In this document: positions 7,975-15,715 of the stretch, piece by piece
Layout of the letters: each line of letters starts with the position of its first letter
Position numbering within the stretch: position 1 is the stretch's first letter
Program-made: the position numbers and the translations under genes
Assembly: GCF_000270205.1 (NCBI RefSeq)
Contig: NC_015913.1
Span: forward strand, 420,001-452,000
Reading direction: 5' to 3'
Source of the DNA: Candidatus Arthromitus sp. SFB-mouse-Japan
Lineage (GTDB): Bacteria > Bacillota > Clostridia > Clostridiales > Clostridiaceae
DNA: 32,000 nt
Notes under the pieces: generated by a model
What the model saw: the letters and a program-made list of their open reading frames with translations, nothing else
Databases searched by the model: none
What the model was told of the DNA's origin: nothing

Positions 7975-8048
7975 GCGGGTATCGTATATCGGTAATACTC
8001 CAGCCTTCCAAGCTGGCAAGGTGGGTTCGATTCCCACTACCCGCTCCA
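7975..8048 (+). tRNA. tRNA-Gly (UCC), copy 2
   Basis: The 74 nt are identical to 7465-7538. Confidence 0.9.
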
Positions 8049-8054
8049 TATTGT

Positions 8055-8131
8055 GTGTCTTTAGCTCAGCTGGATAGAGCAACGGCCTTCTAAGCCGTAG
8101 GTCAGGAGTTCGAATCTCTTAAGACACGCCA
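8055..8131 (+). tRNA. tRNA-Arg (UCU)
   Basis: Acceptor gtgtctt/aagacac, anticodon loop CTTCTAA, encoded CCA. Confidence 0.9.
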
Positions 8132-8148
8132 AATTATTAATTTAGATG

Positions 8149-8185
8149 AAAGAAACGATATAGAAGTATCGTTTCTTTTTGTTTA
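8149..8185 (+). terminator. Rho-independent terminator of the tRNA operon
   Basis: aaagaaacgata / tatcgtttcttt stem followed by ttgttt. Confidence 0.7.
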
Positions 8186-8229
8186 ATTAAGATTAATAAT
8201 AAAAATTAATTGTATAGGAGAATTGATTT

Positions 8230-9129
8230 ATGCAAATAGGATTGATTGGTTTAGGAAGAATGGGATTTAATTTAGCTTTAAATATGAGAGATAAGGGTCA
8301 TAAAGTTGTTTGTTTTAATAGGTCTAAGGAAAAAGTTGAAGAAGCTATGAAAGAAGGATTAGATGGTGTTTTTTCAATTGAAGAATTAGTTAATAAGTTA
8401 GAAGGTAGAAGAGTTATTTGGATTATGCTTCCAGCAGGTGAAATTGTAGATAAAGTTATTGATATATTAGTACCTCTTTTAAATAAGAACGATATAATTA
8501 TTGATGGTGGAAACTCAAACTATAAAGATACATTGGAAAGATACGAATCTTTGAAATTAAAGGGTATAGATTTTGTTGATGTTGGTACAAGTGGAGGAAT
8601 TGATGGAGCTAGGAATGGTGCTTGTACTATGATTGGTGCTGAGGGTGAAGTATTTTCATATATAGAAGAGCTTATTCGTGATATCAGTGTTGAGAATGGT
8701 TATCTGCATTGTGGTAATAATGGATCTGGACATTTTGTGAAGATGGTTCATAATGGTGTTGAGTATGGTATGATGGCTGCTATTGGAGAAGGATTTGAGA
8801 TCTTAGATAAAAGTAGATTTGATTTAGATCTTGAAAAAGTTGCTAAAGTTTGGAATCATGGTTCTGTTGTAAGAGGATGGTTGATGGAGCTTGCTGAAAA
8901 TGCATTTAGAAAGGATCCTAAATTAGATAAAATACAAGGTGTTATGTATTCATCCGGTGAGGGACTTTGGACTGTACAAGAGGCACTAGAGCTGAAAATT
9001 CCAGCAACTATAATAACTCAATCACTTTTAATGAGATATAGAAGTGAACAGGATGATTCTTTAACAGGTAAATTAGTTGCTGCTCTTAGAAATGAATTTG
9101 GTGGTCATGTTGTTAAGGACAACAAATAA
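8230..9129 (+). CDS. gnd: 6-phosphogluconate dehydrogenase, short (about 300 aa) decarboxylating form
   Basis: N-terminal Rossmann MQIGLIGLGRMGFNLALN, GGNS, HFVKMVHNGVEYG motifs. AGGAG RBS upstream. Confidence 0.85.
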   Translation: MQIGLIGLGRMGFNLALNMRDKGHKVVCFNRSKEKVEEAMKEGLDGVFSIEELVNKLEGRRVIWIMLPAGEIVDKVIDILVPLLNKNDIIIDGGNSNYKDTLERYESLKLKGIDFVDVGTSGGIDGARNGACTMIGAEGEVFSYIEELIRDISVENGYLHCGNNGSGHFVKMVHNGVEYGMMAAIGEGFEILDKSRFDLDLEKVAKVWNHGSVVRGWLMELAENAFRKDPKLDKIQGVMYSSGEGLWTVQEALELKIPATIITQSLLMRYRSEQDDSLTGKLVAALRNEFGGHVVKDNK

Positions 9130-9153
9130 TGTTTTTTAATTTGGGGGGGTAAT

Positions 9154-10635
9154 ATGGATCAAATAAGTATTAATGAACCAAATATTTTTGTTATATTTGG
9201 AGCAACGGGAGATTTAACATATAGAAAATTAGTTCCAGCAATTTATAATTTGTATATACAAAACTTGTTACCTGAGAAATTTAATTTTGTTTGTATCGGA
9301 CGTAGAGATTTTTCTCAAGAAGATTATAGAAATAATGTAAAGAAATCTTTAGGAGAGTTTTCAAAAAGGACATTTACAGAAGAAAATTTTAAAAAATTTT
9401 CTGGTATTTTTGAGTATTTGAAATTAGATTTTGTTGAAGATAAGGAATACAGATCTCTTAAAGATTTGATAAAGAGCATGTGTGTGAAACATGGGTATAA
9501 TGAAAATATACTTTATTATATGGCCGTATCCCCTGAATATTTTTCTATTATAGTAGATAGATTGAGATTAAATGATTTAGCTGATAGTACTAGGGGGATA
9601 AAGAGAGTTATAATTGAAAAACCTTTTGGAGAGAATTTAACATCTGCTAGAGAATTGAATGAAAAGATGACAAAGACTTTTACGGAGAAGGAAATTTACA
9701 GAATTGATCATTATTTAGGAAAAGAAATGAGTCAAAATATAATGGCAATAAGATTTGCAAATCCAATACTTGAATTCATATGGAATAATAGATACATTGA
9801 CAACATTCAAATAACTAGCAATGAATCTTTAGGGGTTTTAACGAGAGGGAAGTATTATGAAAAGTCTGGTGCCCTTAAAGATATGTTTCAGAATCATATG
9901 CTTCAATTGTTGACACTTATTGCTATGGAACCACCTGTGTCTTTGAATACAGAGGATATAAGGGATGAGAAGGTTAAGGTTCTTAAAGCTATGCCAAAGA
10001 TTGATGAAAAATTTGTTAGAGAAAATATTGTTAGAGGTCAATATATTGAAGATAGTAAAGGTACTTTAAAGGGATATAGGTCAGAGCAAGATGTATCCAA
10101 AGATTCTATGATTGAAACATTTGTTGCTATAAAATGTTTTATTAATAATTATAGGTGGACAGGTGTCCCTTTTTATATAAGAACAGGGAAAAGACTTAGC
10201 AAGAAAATAACAGAGGTTGTTATTGAGTTTAAGAATGCGCCATTTGTTTTATATAATGAAGATAATAAGTTACAACCAAATCTTCTTGTTATAAGGATAC
10301 AACCGGATGAAAGAATATTTCTTAATTTGAGTGTAAAAAAACCTGGAAATGAAAATGAGATTATACCGATTCAAATGGATTTTTGTCAGAATTGTCACTC
10401 TCTTATTTCTACAGAGGCATATGAAAAGCTAATGTATGATGCTATAAGAGGAGAATCTACTTTGTTTACAAGATGGGATGAAACAGAATTTTCTTGGAAG
10501 TACGTTGAGAAAATATTTGAGATATGGGACAACAATAAGGATATTCCTTTATATAATTATCACTCTTTGAGTGATGGACCTTGTGAAATAAATAAATTAT
10601 TGCATAAAGAAAATATGAAATGGTGGGATATTTAA
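9154..10635 (+). CDS. zwf: Glucose-6-phosphate 1-dehydrogenase
   Basis: FGATGDLTYRKL dinucleotide motif, active-site YRIDHYLGKE, EKPFG, NHMLQLL. Confidence 0.92.
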   Translation: MDQISINEPNIFVIFGATGDLTYRKLVPAIYNLYIQNLLPEKFNFVCIGRRDFSQEDYRNNVKKSLGEFSKRTFTEENFKKFSGIFEYLKLDFVEDKEYRSLKDLIKSMCVKHGYNENILYYMAVSPEYFSIIVDRLRLNDLADSTRGIKRVIIEKPFGENLTSARELNEKMTKTFTEKEIYRIDHYLGKEMSQNIMAIRFANPILEFIWNNRYIDNIQITSNESLGVLTRGKYYEKSGALKDMFQNHMLQLLTLIAMEPPVSLNTEDIRDEKVKVLKAMPKIDEKFVRENIVRGQYIEDSKGTLKGYRSEQDVSKDSMIETFVAIKCFINNYRWTGVPFYIRTGKRLSKKITEVVIEFKNAPFVLYNEDNKLQPNLLVIRIQPDERIFLNLSVKKPGNENEIIPIQMDFCQNCHSLISTEAYEKLMYDAIRGESTLFTRWDETEFSWKYVEKIFEIWDNNKDIPLYNYHSLSDGPCEINKLLHKENMKWWDI

Positions 10636-11256
10636 ATGAGAATACATGATATATCAGCTTTAATTCATCCTGATATGATTGTTTATAAAAATAAGGAAGA
10701 CAAGAAACCTATAATTACAGTTGTTAGTGATTATAATATGGGAACTAGTTATGAAAGTAGAGCTCTTTTAGATATGCATGTTGGCACTCACATGGATGCT
10801 CCTCTTCACATGATTGAGGGCGGAGATAGTATTGAAAATCAAGATTTATATAAATGTGTTACTGATTGCAAAGTTTTTGATTTATCTCATGTTGAAGAGA
10901 AAATTGAGATGAAAGATATAGAGAAATACAATATTTCTGAAAATGATTTTATAATTTTTAAAACTAGAAATTCTTTGGCTACGGAATTTGATTTTAAGTT
11001 TGTATTTATATCAACAGAGGTAAGCGAATTTCTCGCAGAGAAAAAGATTAAGGGCGTTGGAATTGATGCATTGAGTGTTGAAAGGGATCAACCTAATCAT
11101 GAAACCCATGAGGCTTTTCTTAAAGAGGGTATTGCTGTTCTTGAAGGATTAAATCTTAAAGATATTATTGAGGGAGAGTATTTCTTGGTTGCTCTTCCAC
11201 TTAAAATAAAGGGTGCTGAGGGAGCCCCTTCTAGAGCTATTCTTATAGAGAGATAA
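10636..11256 (+). CDS. Cyclase-family metal-dependent hydrolase (kynurenine formamidase / isatin hydrolase fold)
   Basis: HVGTHMDAPLH (HxGTHxDxPxH, aa 48-58, nt 10777-10809). The ATG immediately follows the zwf stop codon. Confidence 0.8.
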   Translation: MRIHDISALIHPDMIVYKNKEDKKPIITVVSDYNMGTSYESRALLDMHVGTHMDAPLHMIEGGDSIENQDLYKCVTDCKVFDLSHVEEKIEMKDIEKYNISENDFIIFKTRNSLATEFDFKFVFISTEVSEFLAEKKIKGVGIDALSVERDQPNHETHEAFLKEGIAVLEGLNLKDIIEGEYFLVALPLKIKGAEGAPSRAILIER

Positions 11257-11280
11257 CGTAAGTTATCTCTCTATTTTATT
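11247..11280 (+). terminator. Rho-independent terminator of the gnd-zwf-cyclase operon
   Basis: agagagataac-gtaa-gttatctctct followed by attttatt. It overlaps the stop codon. Confidence 0.65.
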
Positions 11281-11377
11281 ACCATAAATTACACCATTAT
11301 AAGTTAAATTTAAACATAGTTGATTGAACATACTAATTATAATAAATTTTGCGGTTTAGATTTGAGGTTATAAGATT

Positions 11378-12592
11378 ATGTTTGATAAATTAAAATGTTT
11401 ATTTAGTTTTAAGTGGTTTTATATTGTACTTTTTATAATCTTAAGTATTTATACATTTTGGGATGAAATTGCAATTGGAAGTGAGACAATTAAGTTTATA
11501 AGGGATAGTAAGAAAATTGAAGGGGAGCATGAGGTATACTCTTTTAAAGAAAACAAAGTAAATATTATTAATCTTGATGAAGATTATTTTGGAGATGATG
11601 AGTCCATTTATGATGGAGATGTTAAATATATGTATTTTAGACCTATTCCTAATGAAAAGTTATATAGTCTAGATAGTAATAATAAAAAATTTTATGATTC
11701 ATTTATAAGCATGGATGAATTTAAAGGTGTCTTAGATGTTTTACACAAAAATAATTATATGATAATTAATATCGCAGATCTTTATGATCAGGTTTATAGG
11801 GAAGGGAGCTTTAGAGTTAAGCGTAAGATACTGAATATACCAAAGGGTAAGATACCATTTGTTTTATTTGTTGATGATTTTGGGTATAGTTCTTCGAGGC
11901 TTATTATTGATGATGAAGATATGCAGGTTAAGATGATTAAAGTTAAAAATGGGAATGAGGAAATAACTGAGGATAATAATGTCATAACAATTATAAATAA
12001 ATTTGTTCGAGAGAATGAGGGATTTTCTTTTAATAATGCTAAAGGTGTATTATCTATTGTTGATTCTGAGTCTATATTTGGATATAACACTGGTAGGAAT
12101 ATAAGTAAGAGATCACGTATTAGTACTGATAAGATTAAGAAACTATCAAATGATATTTATGAGGCTAAGAGGATAGCAGATAATCTTAAGAATGACGGTT
12201 GGATATTCGCGTGTAATACATATGGAAATATAGATTTTAAAGATGTAACACTTAATTTAGTTAAAAATGATATGGATAATTGGTATAGGTATGTATCAAA
12301 TATAATTGGATATACAAACTTATTTGTTTATCCTTCAGGTAATGTAATAGATAAAAATGATGAGAGGTTTAAGTATTTAAATGATAGTGGATTTAATATT
12401 TTTTGTTCATCAATGAAGAAAATGAATAACAAAGATTGCTTCAAAATACAACCGTATGTAAATATAAGCAGGGATTTAATATGTTATGATATAACTAGCT
12501 TGCATCACAATGAGTATTATGATATATTGAAGGACATTATAATAAATCCTAGGAAGGCTAAAAAACTATATAAGGAGGGTATTCGTGAATAG
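11378..12592 (+). CDS. N-terminally membrane-anchored protein of unknown function (distant polysaccharide-deacetylase-like features at best)
   Basis: One N-terminal TM segment (WFYIVLFIILSIYTFW) followed by a soluble region of about 370 aa. FVLFVDDFGYS weakly recalls NodB motif 1, but no HxxxH is seen. The 3' end overlaps the GTG start of the ABC ATPase by 8 nt. Confidence 0.55.
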   Translation: MFDKLKCLFSFKWFYIVLFIILSIYTFWDEIAIGSETIKFIRDSKKIEGEHEVYSFKENKVNIINLDEDYFGDDESIYDGDVKYMYFRPIPNEKLYSLDSNNKKFYDSFISMDEFKGVLDVLHKNNYMIINIADLYDQVYREGSFRVKRKILNIPKGKIPFVLFVDDFGYSSSRLIIDDEDMQVKMIKVKNGNEEITEDNNVITIINKFVRENEGFSFNNAKGVLSIVDSESIFGYNTGRNISKRSRISTDKIKKLSNDIYEAKRIADNLKNDGWIFACNTYGNIDFKDVTLNLVKNDMDNWYRYVSNIIGYTNLFVYPSGNVIDKNDERFKYLNDSGFNIFCSSMKKMNNKDCFKIQPYVNISRDLICYDITSLHHNEYYDILKDIIINPRKAKKLYKEGIRE

Positions 12593-13289
12593 GATTGTTG
12601 AGTTTAAAAATGTTTCCAAACAGTATAAAGTTGGAGAAGTTATTATTAATGCTCTACACGATGTTAATTTTTCTATAGATAGAGGTGAGTTTGTAGTAAT
12701 TTTAGGGGCAAGTGGTGCTGGGAAAACTACTATTTTGAATATTCTGGGTGGAATGGATTCTGCATCTGTTGGAGATATTGTTGTTGATGGTGAATCTATT
12801 ACTAACTTTAGTAAGAATCAGTTAACAAAATATAGAAGAGAGAAAATTGGATTTGTATTCCAATTTTATAATTTGATACCCAATTTAACTGCTATTGAAA
12901 ATGTTGAATTTGCAACAAGTGTTTGTAAAAATTTTTTGGATGCTAAAGACATGTTAACTAAGGTTGGATTATCTGAGAGAATAAATAATTTTCCGACTCA
13001 GTTATCAGGAGGAGAGCAACAAAGGGTGGCAATTGCAAGAGCTATTGCTAAGAATCCGTTACTTCTTTTATGTGATGAACCAACTGGTGCACTTGATTAT
13101 GATACGGGAAAGAAAGTGCTTAAGCTTTTGTATGAAATAAATCAGACACTTAATAAGACGATTGCTTTAATTACACATAACTCTTTAATAGCACCTATGG
13201 CTGATAAAGTTATACATGTTAAAAATGGAACCATAGATCGTATAGATTTTAATGAAAATAAAGTTCCTGTTGAGGAGATTGAGTGGTAG
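12585..13289 (+). CDS. ABC transporter ATP-binding protein (MacB/LolD/FtsE-like)
   Basis: Walker [11 protein letters not shown]-loop, signature LSGGEQQR, Walker [10 protein letters not shown]-loop ITHN. Confidence 0.9.
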   Translation: MNRIVEFKNVSKQYKVGEVIINALHDVNFSIDRGEFVVILGASGAGKTTILNILGGMDSASVGDIVVDGESITNFSKNQLTKYRREKIGFVFQFYNLIPNLTAIENVEFATSVCKNFLDAKDMLTKVGLSERINNFPTQLSGGEQQRVAIARAIAKNPLLLLCDEPTGALDYDTGKKVLKLLYEINQTLNKTIALITHNSLIAPMADKVIHVKNGTIDRIDFNENKVPVEEIEW

Positions 13290-15611
13290 ATGAGAGTTTT
13301 ATTGTTAAAATTATTTAGGGATATTAAAACATCACTTGGTGGATTTATTTCAATAATATTTGTCATTGGGGTAGGTTCTGTATTTTTTTCTGGTCTTTCA
13401 AATTCTGTAAGTTCTGTTAGAAATTTAATAGAAAATTATTATGAAAATCAAAAATTTATGGATTATACTGCCTATTTTAGTCAATTATATTCAGATGATA
13501 TAGAAGCCTATAGATCTAATGAGAAAATCAAGGAAATAAAGCTAAGATATACTATGAATGTTATTAGTAATGTTAATAATAAGGATACTAATTTGAGGAT
13601 ACATACCTTAACTGAAAATATAAATGTTCCTTATATTTATGAGGGAAAGCTTCCCTCAAAAGATGAGATAATACTTGATAAGATTTATATGAAGCTAAAT
13701 AAATTAGAGATCGGAGATTATATTAGTTTTGACTATAATGGTATAGAATTTAATCTTAAGATATCTGGTATTATGGACTCCCCAGAATATGTTTCTAAAA
13801 TTAAAGATGATTTTTCTGCAAATGTGGATCTTGATGGATTTGGAGCAGGATATGTAATGGAAGATACTATTAAATTAAAATTTGATGAAAATAATATATC
13901 TTATTTCTATACTGAAGCACTTATTAAGTCAAATGAAGATTTAAATGGTGATGAATTTGAGGGAATACAAACTTTTGTAAAGATGATTAAAAGAGAGGAT
14001 CATGTAAGTTATTCTTCGTTTGATGGAGCCTTAAACCAAATAGACAAGGTTGTTGTAATTTTTCCTATAATATTTTTTATTGTTGCAGGAATTATAACGT
14101 TTATATCGATGTCTAAGACGGTTGAAAATCAAAGATCACAAATAGGAATAATGGGAGCACTTGGATTTTCAAGCTATAGGATTTATTTTTCGTATATAAT
14201 GTACTCAGTTATTGCGTCGGTTTTTGGATCACTTATTGGAGGATTAATAGGTATTTATAGCCTGCCAGGAATAATTTTAAAAACTTTTTCATCTCAGTAT
14301 ACATTTCCAGTATCTAGGCTTAATATTTATTCGGAATATATACTGTATGGGATATTGATTTCTATATTTTTTTCAATTACTGCTACTATAATTTCGTGTC
14401 ACAAGACACTTAAAGAAGCACCATCTGATGCATTAAGACCAAGACCTCCGAAAAATTCAAAGCACATCTTTTTAGAGAAGCTTAAGTTTTGGAAGAAGAT
14501 TTCTTTTATTTATAAAATTATTATAAGAAATATATTTCACAATAAGATGAGAATAATATTGAGTTCTGTTGGAATGATAGGAAGTATTTCGTTTTTGATC
14601 ACTGGATTTTCTTTAAAGTCATCAGTTAATGAACTTTTGGATTATGAATCTAGAATTAGAGATTATGATTTCGAAATAAAGATGGTTAATAGTGTTAATG
14701 AGGATGAAATTAAGGGTTACAGTAATTACATTGATGTTGTTGATTTAAATTTTACAACAATTGGGAATGTTCATCTTGAAGACGAAGATATAGAGATACC
14801 TGTAGTTATTGTAAAAGGAAGTAATTCCGCTTTAAAACTTGAAGATAAAAAGAGTAATATTATAGGATTTAATGATAGTAGTGTGGTAATCCCATCTAAG
14901 CTTTTGGATGACTACAATATTAATATTTCTGATAGTATTAATATTGATATAAATTTTGGTATGAGTTCTTCTAATTTAAATTTATCTGTGAGTGATATTG
15001 CACAAATGTATTCAAGTCAAATGATATATGTATCAAGTGAAGTATTAAAGAGGGATAATATAGATATTTCGTTTAATGGTGCGTTTATTAAATTAAGAGG
15101 TGAGGATAATATTACAAATATAGTTAATGAGTTAAAGAAAAATGATAACATAAGTTCTATAACTTTATCTGGAGATCTAAGAGATTTTGCAGAGGATATT
15201 TTAAGTATGATAAATAGCGTTATAATGATAATTATAGTTGGATCAGCTGTTCTTGCAATATCTGTAATATATAATATTACTTCTATTAATATTTTTGAGC
15301 GCATTAGAGAAATTGCTACTCTTTTGGTACTTGGGTACTATGATAGAGAGATAAATAGACTTATATTTATTGAAAATATAGTTCTTAGTGTGTTTGGTAG
15401 TATAATTGGAATACCATTTGGTATTTGGTTGTTTAAATATATGCAGATACTTATATCTGATAGAGGCGCAACCTTACCCCAAAATATTTCGGGGTATAGT
15501 ATACTTTTGTCTTTTATCATGGTTATGCTTTTTTCAATATTTACAAACTTATTATTAAAGAGAAAAGTTTTAAAGGTTAATATGATTGAGGCACTTAAGG
15601 GTGTTGAATAA
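13290..15611 (+). CDS. ABC transporter permease with two FtsX domains and two large extracytoplasmic domains
   Basis: 773 aa. The order is TM1, an ~220 aa loop, 3 TM, then TM5, an ~200 aa loop, 3 TM. Each half has a typical FtsX/MacB topology. The ATG abuts the ATPase stop codon. Confidence 0.85.
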   Translation: MRVLLLKLFRDIKTSLGGFISIIFVIGVGSVFFSGLSNSVSSVRNLIENYYENQKFMDYTAYFSQLYSDDIEAYRSNEKIKEIKLRYTMNVISNVNNKDTNLRIHTLTENINVPYIYEGKLPSKDEIILDKIYMKLNKLEIGDYISFDYNGIEFNLKISGIMDSPEYVSKIKDDFSANVDLDGFGAGYVMEDTIKLKFDENNISYFYTEALIKSNEDLNGDEFEGIQTFVKMIKREDHVSYSSFDGALNQIDKVVVIFPIIFFIVAGIITFISMSKTVENQRSQIGIMGALGFSSYRIYFSYIMYSVIASVFGSLIGGLIGIYSLPGIILKTFSSQYTFPVSRLNIYSEYILYGILISIFFSITATIISCHKTLKEAPSDALRPRPPKNSKHIFLEKLKFWKKISFIYKIIIRNIFHNKMRIILSSVGMIGSISFLITGFSLKSSVNELLDYESRIRDYDFEIKMVNSVNEDEIKGYSNYIDVVDLNFTTIGNVHLEDEDIEIPVVIVKGSNSALKLEDKKSNIIGFNDSSVVIPSKLLDDYNINISDSINIDINFGMSSSNLNLSVSDIAQMYSSQMIYVSSEVLKRDNIDISFNGAFIKLRGEDNITNIVNELKKNDNISSITLSGDLRDFAEDILSMINSVIMIIIVGSAVLAISVIYNITSINIFERIREIATLLVLGYYDREINRLIFIENIVLSVFGSIIGIPFGIWLFKYMQILISDRGATLPQNISGYSILLSFIMVMLFSIFTNLLLKRKVLKVNMIEALKGVE

Positions 15612-15645
15612 AGGTTTAAGGATTATACTTAAACCTTTTTGTTTG
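15611..15645 (+). terminator. Rho-independent terminator
   Basis: aaggtttaag / cttaaacctt stem followed by tttgtttg. Confidence 0.65.
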
Positions 15646-15715
15646 TAAAAAAGTTTAACATATTTTAAAAGTCTTAAATAAACTAGTTATTATTAATAAA
15701 TCAGGGTGAATTTAT

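Noticed and set aside
7365-8093. Five track ORFs of 61-107 aa over the tRNA cluster (7365-7550 +, 7382-7705 -, 7715-8011 -, 7864-8082 -, 7884-8093 +)
   Set aside because: They are open only because the GC-rich tRNA genes lack stop codons. The region is fully explained by nine cloverleaf-folding tRNAs.
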